Below, piece by piece: positions 27,701-51,919 of a stretch of 64,000 nucleotides of DNA. Each line of letters starts with the position of its first letter. Positions within the stretch are counted from its first letter, which is position 1. Source of the DNA: Schmidtea polychroa (lineage: Eukaryota); NCBI GenBank assembly GCA_044892525.1, contig CM097886.1, positions 78,864,001-78,928,000 on the forward strand, written 5' to 3'. Position numbers and translations under genes: made by a program. The notes under the pieces were generated by a model. The model was given only the letters and a program-made list of their open reading frames with translations, did not search any database and was not told where the DNA came from.

Positions 27701-30700
27701 ATTCAATTAACACCAAAATCATTAAATAAAATCAAAGAAATTTCTTATTTAAGAAAATATCTTTAAAGCTATTTCTTTTATTTTTTGTCAACAGTAATTA
27801 TTAAATAATTATTAGGAGTAAAATAATCATGGGGAAATGAATGATTTTTGAAAGAAAATGATGTAACAGACTTCCAAAGAGCATGGATGAGAAAAATCAA
27901 AAAATGAGAAAGAAATAACAAATAAAGCAATTAATGAAAAAATGAATAAAGCGTACTTTGAAAAGAAAAATGGTAAACAAAAAAGGAATTTTCTTATCTT
28001 GACAGGTTGTCCGAAATAACGAAATGTTGAAACTACAACCCCAATTAACCCAGATATTTCTCAATTCAATGTCAAAACTATAAAAATCAAAGCTTAAATT
28101 GGAATGGATATAACACAAATATTGATGCAAAAATAGATATTGAAATATTTCGACTGAATTTATAATTGACGAGTGATCTTTTATTAAATGAAAGAGAAGT
28201 TACAAAATCAAATCAAAAAAATCGATCAAAAAACATGGTCTTTGAAACCCTTTCTATATTTCACTCTCTTAATTTTAACATATTTTAAATATAATTATGT
28301 TACTCTTTAATCCGAAGTTTATGAATAGATAAGAATTTATATTGAAATAAAGAAATAACACTAGATTTGACATATCAATATTTTTAAAATTAACACACTT
28401 TCGTGATTGGATCGATCTGAAATTTTGGTAGCATTCTGTGTTCTCGACAACAAATCTACTTGCCAAATTTCAGCTCAATCCGATCACGGAAACTAGGTTA
28501 ATTTGGCTTCACAAAATTTGCGTGGCACATACAAACATACATCAGCGAAGTTAATATAGAGTAAAATGACAATAAAGTTTAACCGTTAATAACCGTGCTA
28601 AGATATTGAATTAAAAGTAGTCGACAATAGAGCTCTATTCCTCACGAAATGTTGTAATAAGCACTAAAATCGTCAAGTTGTTACTAATTTGCTGTGTTTG
28701 TAATAAAGAAAAGAGGAACTGTTACGATAAATGTAAGATTTTCATATTATTTGCTTCATTCCAAGCACTCTTGTAATCAGATTAAAAGTTGTTTATTTTC
28801 TATTTTACCTAGTAACTCCAACAAAACGTTGAAAAATTCCTAAATCTGAGTTATAGGAAATGAGAAAATTCCGGAAAATAATGTAACTAAAATAGCATGT
28901 CTGAATATCCAAAAAATAAAATTTCGTCGTCTCTAAGACAAAATTTGAAATAATATGTCGTTTCATTCACAATTCATCAATAAATGCCATAGAAAACTGA
29001 CATATTCCAAAAATTGCACTTTAATATCACGACAAGTGTAATAATTTCAATAATTCAAAATATTAGCATAAAAATCAAGCGACAATTACTTTTTCTCTAT
29101 TAAGATTCTCAACTGATTTCTAGAAAATAAAATAATTCCATGTTGGAGAAAATATTTAGAAAATTTTCTATCATCCAATGATTTATCAAAATTAAATTTT
29201 CAATTCTGCATATTTTCATTCAAAAATTTCTTATCAAGAATTTCTAGATAAGAAATTTTTGAATGGAAAATTAATTTATAGGAAATTTTCTAAATATTTT
29301 ATCCAAATTATAATTTATTTTGTTGTTTTAGAAATCATACTAGTAAAAAGACAATTTTATGAATGTCAAAAATTGAATATATTTTTAAAAAATCGAAAAA
29401 TAGCATCTATATAGTAATCTGTGATTATATTCATTCACCATTATGTCTTTGTATCAGGCGCGTAGACCGAGATAGAACTGGGGAATAAATTCCCAATTTC
29501 CGAAGAAAAAAGAAGAATATAAAAAATCATTGCAATAACAATATCAATATCACAATTTTCAATCCTTAGTATTTGTAACAGATTTGTTATTTTTCAGTTT
29601 CAAAGTGTCTTTTATATTTTGAACGCTATCAACTTTGTTATGCAAAAATAGTTCTAATTTGTTTTCGTTCTCAAGCATTGAAAATTTTATTTGTAAAGCA
29701 AATTATTTAAAATCCTTTTAATCGTTTCAAAAACTTCATTTAAGGAAACAATGAAAATGAAACATTAATAAACAAGATGGCTGGGAATTTTTTATCAGCA
29801 GATGTAGCAAATTTCTTAAAATAGAAATTACGTGACACAGTGATTCCAGTTACAGCAGCAGAAGTGGAGCGTTCCTTTTTAGCAAAATGAAGCAAGTCAA
29901 AAATAATGACCGAAACACAACAAGGAAAGAAGACAGAACGGACTGATGTTTTTAAGTTTTCATCGAGAAATTTCGATATCCTTAATTGAGTTTGTAACAA
30001 AGTTCCGCAAAGGAAAAAATCCGATGATTGTAAAGCAAAAATTTAAAAACATTCCAAACACACGTGCTCACAGAATTTTGCACATTGATTTCCGGATCCA
30101 ATGAAATATGGCTCAAGGATTGATTGATAATTTGGTTGAGTTGTTAATAAAGAATGGCTATTTAAATTCATTTCTATTAAGGATGATAAAAGAGACTGTT
30201 GATAGATTTGTTAAGCATCCTAACGATTCATGTTTAGGTGTAATTTATCTTGTGTGTGTAAATCGGATGGTAATTAACATTAATAATGTGTGAAAGAATG
30301 ATGTTTTTTCCTTCCCATATTACAGGTATTGTTCTAAGTATCTCAATCGATTTTACTTTTATGGCTTCAGTAAACTTAAAACTATAGCCAAAAAATGACA
30401 AAATTCACATTGTTAATAGGATTTGTGGAGTGTTTTGTCAAAAGATAAAATGTTAAAATGTCTAGTGTATAACCGTTTGACATGAACCAAATGATGTTCC
30501 AGTAGATTAAGTAACATTTCAAATAGTCAATCGACAATCAGTAATCAATAAATATTTGATTTCGGTGATTTGATTCTCATTAATTGATGTTTTGTATGTA
30601 CCACGATGCATCTTATTATGTCAATCAGATTTCTGTCTTTGATAGAATTTCTGTATCATTTTAAGTGTTTTTGATGCGTTTATTTGATTAATTCATTATA

Positions 30701-33700
30701 AAAATCGAAAAAGTTAAAAAGTACCGTAATAGCAGTGAAAATCTAAGAATGGTAAATTACGGTTAATATAATGCAAGCGCCTATTTTAAGACATATTCCG
30801 AAAACTTCTTGATCTCAGAAGTATACTGTATTTTTCGAACCATAATATACAATTGTGGTGCATCTTATCGTCCGAAGGTAACAAAAGGCACCATATCAAT
30901 GGGTCACGAAAAAACTCATTACTCAGTAGTTTTTGCTTGTCGCACGAACAGAAGAAAACTAGCTATTGTGTTAATCTTCAAAAGTACGTTATCGAAAAAT
31001 AGAATTCCTAGTGGCATTATTATCCATGTTCAAGAAAGAGGCTGGATGGAGGAAACAGGAATGAAATGTTGGAGACAAAAGATATATGCAAAAAGGCTAC
31101 GATGTTAGTGTGAAACCATCTATATGAATTACTAATTAGTTGGGAACCATCTCTATGCAATACTTGCAAATTGGGAACAATCTCTATGTATTATTCGCTA
31201 ATTGGGAACCATCTCTATGCATTATTCGCTAATTGAGAACCATCTTTATTGATTACTCATTAATTGGGAACCATCTCTATGCAGTACTTACTAATTGGGA
31301 ACAATCTCTATGCATTACTCACTAATTGGGAATCATTTCTACGCATTACTCACTAATTGGGAACCATCTCCATGCATTACTTGCAAATTGGGCACCATCT
31401 TTATGCAATATTCGCAAATTGGGAATGAATACAGAATTATCTATCATTCCTGGAGGCCTCACAAGTCTATTGCAATATTTGGATGTATTTATCAATAAAC
31501 CATTTAAACATCTTATGTACTAAGAGTGGGAAATGGATGACAAAAGCCAAATTACGATGTCACTACAATAAGTATGAAACGACAAATAATCTCAGAAGTT
31601 TGTACTTGGATAAAAAAAAAATCACGAAAAGCTGTGGAAGAAGTGATGATTATAAAGTAATTTAAGAAATGTGAAATAACTAATGCAATGGATGGTATTG
31701 AAGATGAAGTCGTTTTTGAAGGAGTGACAACAATTGTTCAGAAGAAAGTCCTATGAAATGTGACATTGTATGGAGAGTGAATTGGGTTTTATTGTCCTGT
31801 TTCTATCACCATAATTTTATAATGCCCATAATTATATGAAACATCCTAAAATTATGAACTCATTCAAAAAATTACATTCGCATTAATTATGAAAATGACA
31901 GTGACTAAGATGATTTCTAAATATTAATTAATGAGATAATTTCCTCTCAATTAATTAATAGAAATCTGAAAAATCAGAAGAATGTGTAGGAGAGATTAAT
32001 CAATTAGCACTGACGACATGGAAATCAGCACATTTATCAAACAGTTTCCCTAATTGTGTGCATCAGAGAAATTTGTGCATGAAATATGCAATACAGCTTG
32101 AATTTATTCTATTACAAATCTCAGATTCTTTTATTTTGAAATAAGTTTGTTTATATTGTGTATGCAGTCGTCTTTGATAAATATTTGAATGATGATATCA
32201 AAACGCTTAAAATCTATGAAAATGGATTCGAAATAATTTCACAATTTCACTAATCGAATATAACAATACGGATGAATTCTGTTTTCAAATGAAATACTGA
32301 ATATAAAAGCTTCTATTTTGATTTTTAAATGACAAAACAAAACTTATCGAATTAATTTTCTTTCGTAAATTTTTTCATTTCATTAACGGGTTTAAAAAAA
32401 TCGTAGAGAATATTTGATTTTAAATTTAAAATTGTTCTTATATTGATTAAATATTCGTTGGTCAGTATACTTATTTTGGTAAATGTTACTTTTAAATGTT
32501 CTCTTAAAATGTTCTTTTAAATGTTTCCTATAAATGTTTCTTTAAAATGTTCCCTTAAAATGCTCCTTTAAACTGTTATCTTTAAATGTTTCTTTAAAAT
32601 GTTCCTTTAAATGTTCTCTTTATATGTTCCTTTAAATGTTTCTTTAAAATGCTCCTTTAAACTGTTATCTTTAAATGTTCCTATAAATGTTTCTTAAACT
32701 GTTCCCTTTAAATGTTCCATTAAAATGTACCTTTAAAATGTTCTTTTAAATGTTCCCTTTAAATGTTTCCTTAAAATGCTCCTCTAAACTGTTCTCTTTA
32801 AATGTTCTCTTTAAATGTGCTCTTTAAATGCTCCCTTTAAATGCTCTTTTAAACTGTTCCCTTTAAATGTTCCTTTAAAATGCTCCTTTAAAAGTTCTGC
32901 AATATCTGTGACGACTAAGCGGGAATTTCATCATCGATTATTTTTCGAAATTTTAATATTATAAGAATTAATTTTTATTGAAAGTCTTAAAAAATGGATT
33001 GATTTTGATAATGATCAATTCCTCCACTCAAATATTCGAATAAGGCTTTACTAAAGCAATTTTAGTGTGCTCCCACTCCCTCCTCTCCTTCCCCTCCCCT
33101 CCGTTTCCATTCCAACAAGAGGAACTCATTTTTATTTTAAATAACGAATAAATAAATAAACTTTTTATATAATGTTTTGTATGCACAAACTATGATGTGT
33201 TTTTATAGATTTATAATGCATTTATTTGAACCCGAAACTGTGGTTTTTATAACGCCAATAAATCTCAAAATAAAAATGAATGTTTACCACTTGTTAAAAT
33301 AATTATGCTGTAGAAAGAACGAATAATGAGTTACGGGCTGTATTGAACCAAGCACAAAAGGAAATATAAAATCTACCGATATTACTTCTTGAACTGCCTA
33401 GAACTTTCGAAGTACCCTTTGTGTTTCACACATTGCAACGGTAATTTCTATAATTTAGTTATTCATTGTTTCAATCGGTTTGATTGAATGATTTCTCATA
33501 CATTGGTCCCACACAGTGACAGATCATTAAACTGGGGGCAGGGGGAGGGGCGATAAGGAAATACAATAGTTTTTCATATATATTTTTTAATTGTGCTGCC
33601 CTTTATTTCTGCTTTATAAGAAAAATGACATTTCATCAAAAACGTTCAACTGATAATGCCATAAAAACATTAGATAGTTTAGTTTTTTAGACCAATAAGG

Positions 33701-35035
33701 CACCTACTGTTTTGATTGGTTGATTTTATCACATAAAATCATTTGGACCTAAAACTTGCCCCCCCCCCTGACTGCTGGATGATTCATATCCATCCTCAAA
33801 TCCACAAAGTGTCCATTTACCTATAAATGGATATATTTCAAGATCACTATGGTCTTTGTAACAATAATATGAATGGAAAAATAAAGATTATTTGAAATAT
33901 TTTAATTTAAATATTTATAATTACAAAAATATTTACTTGCAAACCATTCGGCAGGTCGAAAGAGTAAAGACTGCCGAAAATTGATTGCTTCCTGACTTCC
34001 TATGAAATCAGAATGTTTAAGGTCTGATCTGAAATCATTTGAAGATATTTCTGCACTACTAATTCCCTATTAGATAAATAAAATATTTATATAATTAACC
34101 GCTAGCACCATAATTTTATCTATTTCTTCTATGACTTCATCGGCAGTTTTTATTGGCTCATAATCACATGGCAGGCAGGATGTAACCAAAGAGTGGTGAT
34201 CCATTGCCAATGCCAATTCTTCGTCATCTGGTAAATCAAGATTTTGATTTAAAACATCCTAAATGAATCAAAAGTCTAAATTAATAAATTAATCCTTTTT
34301 GTCTGGAAAACTCAATGACTATTAAAATGCTTGTCAGAGTCAGAACATACCACTCTGGGAGATACTGCCATAAATAGAAAAAAATTAGTTAAAATTAAAC
34401 ATATATTATCATTGTTCAAGGGCTATTTTATAATTAATTATGATTTTTATAATTAGTATTCAATTGATGGAACATTTTAATAATATTAATCAAAAGGATT
34501 TTATATGAGATATAAGCTTAGAATTAAAAATAAATGTATTTATTTCAAACTAATTCTTTTATATAAAACATCAATTAAATTTCGTAAAACCTTTTAGTAA
34601 AAACAAATACTGAAAATATTTACCTCTTGTTCACAAATGTGTATAGCATTTTTAAATTCTTCATATGATTTAAATCTTTTCCAATCTAAATCGAGCGTTT
34701 TACTAACAGACCCAGTTAACGATAACCAAATTCTAATTAATAAATTGTAATGAAATTTATTAAAAAGTTGCTAACTGATTTTTATCTACTAAATCTGACG
34801 ATTTGTTATACTTATCTGAAATTGGAGAAAAAGAATCCATTTTTTCATCACTAGTAAAACATTCTGATATGACTGAATCAAAATTATTAACCAAATTTTC
34901 CAATGAAGATTGTAATGATTTATGTTTAGAATTCGCAATATTTTTGAAGTTATAAACAGGGACATTTCCATTTAATTCATCATTTAAATCATAATCAAAA
35001 TCTAATTTAGCTAAAGGTGATAAAATATCATCCAT
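21783..35035 (-). CDS. unc-76: FEZ/UNC-76 (fasciculation and elongation protein zeta) homologue, multi-exon with an ~11.8-kb intron (33936-22160); 3' end uncertain
   Basis: Exons encode FEZ motifs SSLENLVNNFDSVISECF, IWLSLTG...LDW, DDEELALAMDHHSLVTSC...EPIKTADEVIEEIDKIM, and ELEDSIRDFSGLLVEELAIREDLEFEKEQRDTFVKLVYEIENKQK. Splice phases are consistent, e.g. A|GT across the long intron. Confidence 0.88.
22375..22501. repeat. Long hairpin (~55-bp arms), same family as 20626-20798
   Basis: aaacaataaagt..aatttaagccttttgctgcgaataatgtatttaat pairs with attaaatacattattcgtagcaaaaggcttaaatt..actttattgttt. Confidence 0.85.
22650..24135 (-). repeat. Left arm of large inverted duplication
   Basis: Reverse complement matches 25970-28225. 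The ORF-track translations 23866-24066(-) and 26853-27068(+) differ at only 2 of 66 residues. Confidence 0.92.
24695..24920. mobile_element. Tc1/pogo-type MITE
   Basis: ~35-bp TIRs CAGTGCGCGCCATTCCACTTAGGGCAAACCAATTTTT / AAAAATTGGTTTGCCTCAAATGGAATGGCGCACTC, flanked by TA. Confidence 0.8.
26036..26838 (-). mobile_element. Non-autonomous hAT (Charlie/SPIN-like) element with GTF2IRD2-like transposase N-terminus
   Basis: Perfect 8-bp TSD ttctatag. TIRs CAAGGGTGGG / CCCCACCGTTG. GAGCCGCATGCGGCTC subterminal motif. ORF MTSENIKKRKYKQENRTFQEEWTEKFFFIDNNGKSLCLIC. Confidence 0.92.
27209..27460. mobile_element. piggyBac-like MITE
   Basis: TTAA TSD. TIRs CACATTGACGGACA / TGTCCGTCAACGTG. The empty site (single TTAA) is visible in the left arm near 23712. 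Confidence 0.92.
28270..28560 (+). mobile_element. Possible DINE/HINE-like non-autonomous Helitron-type element
   Basis: gatcgatctgaaattt...aaatttcagctcaatccgatc inverted motif, ACATACAAACATACA tract and GAAGTTAATATA end. The resemblance is from memory only. Confidence 0.35.
29115..29337. repeat. Imperfect foldback hairpin
   Basis: Core ttttcattcaaaaatttcttatc / gataagaaatttttgaatggaaaa. Outer arms aaaatatttagaaaattttcta / taggaaattttctaaatatttt. Confidence 0.75.
29455..30030 (+). mobile_element. hAT remnant (dimerisation domain)
   Basis: CAGGCGCGTAG terminus-like motif. Translation VIPVTAAEVERSF-KMKQVKNNDRNTT...GLMFLSFHREI. Confidence 0.6.
30821..31720 (+). pseudogene. pogo (POGK-like) DDE transposase remnant, interrupted by the 31-bp repeat
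   Basis: GHEKTHYSVVFAC...KLAIVLIFK...IIIHVQERGWMEE, and after the repeat NTELSIIPGGLTSLLQYLDVFINKPFKHLM. pogo-like left end TA|CTGTATTTTTCGAACCATAA. Confidence 0.85.
31112..31428. repeat. ~10 diverged copies of the same 31-bp monomer as 17293-19747
   Basis: e.g. ctaattgggaaccatctctatgcattattcg, ctaattgggaacaatctctatgcattactca. Confidence 0.95.
32485..32895. repeat. Degenerate 13-14-bp minisatellite (~30 units)
   Basis: Repeated TTTAAA(A/C)TG(T/C)TC(C/T)(C/T) units. Confidence 0.9.
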
Positions 35036-35953
35036 TGTTTACATAAATTCAAATAAGTTATTTATCATAACCTTCATTTTCAAATTATTAAAACATACAA
35101 AGTTGAATCAATTTAAGATAAATAATAAAAGGTTTTTAATTATAATTCTTTAAAATAATTACAATAATTATAAAATCTTAATATATTTAGTTTGCTAATT
35201 TGTTCATCACATTGATTGGATAGTAAATCGGCATACATCAATATAGAAAACTACGTCAATAAAATTGAACCAAATTTAAACGTCAATTTATATCCTTGAA
35301 AGACATTATTCAGATACCGAATCTGGTAACGTTTCCCAATAAACCAAATTGTCACTTATATCTTGCTCCCGTAGTCAAAAAAGGCATGCATACCATAACA
35401 AGTTTGTTTGAACTCTTCAGCGTCTGACATTTTACTTAATTTTATTTGTATTATATAGGACTATTTAAAAATGTTTACAAGACAGAAGCACTCGAGCCAA
35501 TTAATCTAAGTAATTTTGAAAACTTTCATGTAATAGATGTAGATGAGAGAATACTCCAAGTCCAAGTTAACATTGTAGGTATCCTTCAAATATGATGTTA
35601 GAAATAGTAAGAGAACAAGTCAGTTTTACTACCCAACCAGAAGTTCAATGTAACCCAAAATGAAATTACATCTTAAATTAAATCAATATCGACCATTACC
35701 ATCCTTTTGTACAATACAGCAAAAACTGAAAAACCCGGTCAGCGTTTTCTGCCGTATGCCTGAAAAGCAACTCATGTAAATGTACCTTTAAACTAAGCAT
35801 CAATAAACACTATCCCATAGAAATATCAGCATTAACCGACAAAAGCTGTAAAATAAATAGGCTATTATTCCCTCATGAATGTGTAAAGCATTATCAACCA
35901 TACATGTTTCGATTCATAGTGTTCAATATACTAGCGACGCTTCCAATTTTATT

Positions 35954-36457
35954 TTATACAATATAACCAGCTTTAACCATAAAAATTTTATTGTCAACCA
36001 AACTACCTTTCTGGCTGTCTTCATAAAAGATAATTTCAGCTTCATTAGCATAGTAATAGTTAACCAACCTAGAAAACTTGTCGATTAGACTAGTGTTTTC
36101 AATTTGAACAGTTTGACAAATGATTCGTTCTAGAGGTGATCTTACTTTCACAATTAAAGTTAAGGAAAACAATTTCTTAATATATCCTTCTGCTAAGTTG
36201 AGCAGATTGTTGTCAAAATTAGCATACGAATCAATAAGATAAAAGTTCTCTACGTTTACGTTTAAACGGAAGGCTTTCTCAGAGTTTATATGTTGTTCTG
36301 GTATTTGTACTTGTATTGTGACTTTATTTATTTCACATTGGGAATGGTTGTCTACGTTACTTTTGCAAATTCCCCTAAACCATTTACCATTCAATTGAAC
36401 ACGATTCATATTTCTTTCGTCTTTAATATGAATTATAATTATTTTTGTCGATGTCAT
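35954..36457 (-). CDS. Orphan ORF (167 aa), probable first exon of an uncharacterised gene
   Basis: ATG-initiated 504-bp ORF in ~75% AT DNA with normal globular composition. Plausible further short-intron exons run toward ~35650 (e.g. VHLHELLFRHTAENADRVFQFLLYCTKG). No family recognised. Confidence 0.55.
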   Translation of the reverse strand: MTSTKIIIIHIKDERNMNRVQLNGKWFRGICKSNVDNHSQCEINKVTIQVQIPEQHINSEKAFRLNVNVENFYLIDSYANFDNNLLNLAEGYIKKLFSLTLIVKVRSPLERIICQTVQIENTSLIDKFSRLVNYYYANEAEIIFYEDSQKGSLVDNKIFMVKAGYIV

Positions 36458-37199
36458 GTCTCTGGTTACAGCTCGACGTAACTTTTGTTGAATCCATATT
36501 CATTTCAACTATTTTCTTTTAATTCAAAATTAAAAATTCTTGGCAACCTCCTAATCAATAAATTTTTTCATCAATAATGATATAAAAATAATAACAACCT
36601 GCCCGTGTCTGTGTGCGAACACAAATATAAAAACAAGAAAACTCAACAATAAACGCGTACAAAAGCGCGAAGACACAAACCACATAGACAGTCAGATAGA
36701 AAAGTCACTCCTCCACCTGACTGGTCGAAGCACATAGTATAAGATCAATTGAAAAAATTCGATGCACATGGAATTTTCATAAGACCACGAGACGTACTTT
36801 TGTTGGTTTTTGTGTGAATCCTTGGTCACAAGACGTGGTCACTATATTATTTTTTGTGTAACTTCAACTATGCTGCCATCACGGTTATATTATCCTATAA
36901 AGTGTTGAGTTTAGATTACCCTACTGTGATCGGCGATCTATTAATAATTTAAATAGATTTTATTTTGTTATAGTTCCATTTTTAAAAAGTTCCAAGAATA
37001 AGTAGCTCAACATACTGCTTAAACAACCAGACGCGCTGAGGCGTTGATCAGAAAATTTCGGCACAATATGTCGATATTGTTTGGGCCTGACCACTATCAC
37101 AAATTCAACAAGTCAGAGAAAGCAAATTGAGAAGGATAAAGTGACCATATGGGAATTGAATATTATAATACAGTAAAATGGCAGTAGGTCTCGAACTTA

Positions 37200-37480
37200 A
37201 AAAAATGCCCTCACATTTATGAAAGACTATGGCGATGGCACATCTACAAGGTGCATTATCTCTTCCTAACTCTTTTGTCAATCAGCATTATCCAGTCAAT
37301 TATTTTTCAGGCTGCATGTCCGGTAAAAAACGAAAGAAATCAGCTAAAGCGGCTAAACGAGGCCCGGATAAAATTCTTTCGACGAGATTTGACCATCTTC
37401 ACACATTTTCTGTTATGCACAGACCTTCTTTCAGTGGTAATGGTTACTTCATATTTCTGGATGAATTTCGAAATACCTAG
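37200..37480 (+). mobile_element. Possible copia-type integrase remnant
   Basis: GCMSGKKRKK...FDHLHT..MHRPSFSGNGYFIFLDEF resembles the copia C..GK...H(S)D..GPM..S..G.RYF..F.DD motif. LWRWH lies upstream. Confidence 0.4.
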
Positions 37481-38072
37481 TTTTGACAATAAAACCTGCA
37501 AATTTATTTACATTAACAGTCGTATACTGAGTATTATAGAACAAAATTATATCATTTGCGAAGGTTTTCTTACTTAAATCTTTGACCAACAACGAAACTA
37601 AAAGATAAGATTTAGTAAAACAAGGACAAATCTTTCAAAGAAACTGGAAACTATAGTTAATATTTTAAAACCAAAATTATTATTAAAAATCATTATTAAA
37701 TTTTGTGATCTTTTTAGCGATCACACCTTATCACACTGTAAAAACTTTAAAATGAAATTTTTGAAATGAATGAATGATTTGGTAAATTTTTTTTTCTTAA
37801 AAAAACTCCGTAACCAAAAGGATAAAATCAAAATTTTCCAGAGTTTTTTAAATATATTCTTTGTTTGAATAACTAAAATAGACTTTTTAACTGTCAATAT
37901 TTAAAATTTTAAATGAATTTATTTATTGGATTTTTTATTGTTTTACATAAATATTGCGTAATAATACTGAAATCTATAAAAAAATTAGTATAAAATGATG
38001 ATTTTCAATTCTTTATAACTATCTTAGGATTAACTTATCATTTTAAATTAACGTTGTATATATTTTTAGACT

Positions 38073-50330
<12,258 letters not shown>

Positions 50331-50468
50331 TGGAATTAAATGAGTGCTAGCATATAATAAAGCTTAAAGTAGCTCAATTGGTTTATTTGCTTTTATCGGG
50401 TTGTAGTATTCAAACTAACAACTTACGAGATAAAATGTTAAATTATATATTATTTAAGATATCATTTA

Positions 50469-51785
50469 CGGTGGCGTAACAAGCATAACTGGCGCCTGTG
50501 GCACGATACTTGAAATTCTTTTTAAAAAATTTGCACCTAAAAATCAATAAATGCACTTTTAAATAAAAAAAATTAATAATCAATAAACGTGAAAGTTGAT
50601 AATGCGACTTGACCTTAAAGGGAGATGGCCTCTGTCGCTAATCAGCGCGTGGTAACTAATGGTGGCTTCTATAGTGTGCTATACGGTTTAAATAAGGACA
50701 GCCTCGTGTTAGGCTTTAAATTGTACTACATTTATTTTGAAATATGTGGAATTCAGGAATAATCATTTCGATATTATTATTGGAATTTAAAGTAGCAACA
50801 TTTTGAAATCCAGTACGTCAGAAATTACAATGAGTGTTTCTATTGCATTTTCTGTAGTTTTCGTTTAAAAAAATAAAAATATGTCATTAGTTTAGAAAAA
50901 TAAAGTGTTGAGAAAGAAAGAAGAAAGAACGCTTTATATACGAAGATGTTTGATTGATTTACTACAAACATATTTTATCAGACAAATCAATAAAGAAAGT
51001 AATTAATTACGGCATTACTTCGAATATAAGCAGTACTTTTTACTTATATTTTTAATATGCAAAATTAAGGTAAGGCTTATGTTCGGAGTAATAAACAATT
51101 TATTCGTATTCGAGAAATAGAAACAGTATTATATCTGTTTCCACTTTTAGAAAGGTTAAAGCCTTTGTAGTGAAAATTTAAAAAAACTGATGTATATATT
51201 AATGTAGTTCCTACCCAAATGTTTTGATTTTCTAATTCGGTAGATGTTTGACTTCAGTCGTGTTTCATCGTGTTTTTTTTATTTATTATCGATTATATTA
51301 TGAATAAGCGCTTCACGTATTATGATGAATTCAAAAGAAAAGTTATTTTGGTGCCTAAAAAATTGGAAATCGCGCAGCCGGTAAAAGATTTATTGTCGGC
51401 GAAAAGAATGTGCGTCGATGGAGAGGAAGAGAAAAGAAAAATTATTTTAATGTAAAATACACAGGAAATCTTTCTAGGGGGCTTATAAACGGAAGGTATC
51501 ATACAATTTGCGCAACTGTCTGCTTTTATGTGATGGAATTACGAAGTGACAAGGGACTCAGTTATGGTTAAAGCTAGAGAGTTATCCTATTTAAAATACC
51601 TATCATAAAACCTCCTGTAGATTAAATTCGAGGGTGGCTTTTATTTGAAGTAATACGGTATATTACAATAACTATTAATTTATATAATATATTTCCCAAA
51701 AATCGACTGAAATAAAAATTGAAATTTTCCAAAAATTCTTGTTTTAGGGAACTTTTTGGTTCCTGCCCTCCTCGCTACGCCACTG
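50469..51785. mobile_element. hAT non-autonomous element with nested pogo
   Basis: TIRs CGGTGGCGTAAC / GCTACGCCACTG. TSD atcattta / atcatata (7/8). Confidence 0.75.
51010..51658 (+). mobile_element. pogo (POGK-like) deletion derivative with HTH remnant
   Basis: TIR-like CGGCATTACTTCGAATATAAG / CTTTTATTTGAAGTAATACGG with TA flanks. RFTYYDEFKRKVIL...NVRRWR...MVKAREL. Confidence 0.7.
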
Positions 51786-51919
51786 ATCATATACCCCCAG
51801 TATTTTCAATGTGTAGTTTTCGGCACTTTTTAAATTTTCATTATTTTTCGAATAAATTTTCTTAAATTTTACTTGCCTTTTAAATGTCTAATCAAAAATC
51901 TACTTGCTATTTCAATCGC

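Larger units (their letters stand above)
25970..28225 (+). repeat. Right arm of large inverted duplication (interrupted by two TE insertions)
   Basis: Matches the reverse complement of 22650-24135 once 26036-26846 and 27209-27464 are removed. Confidence 0.92.
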
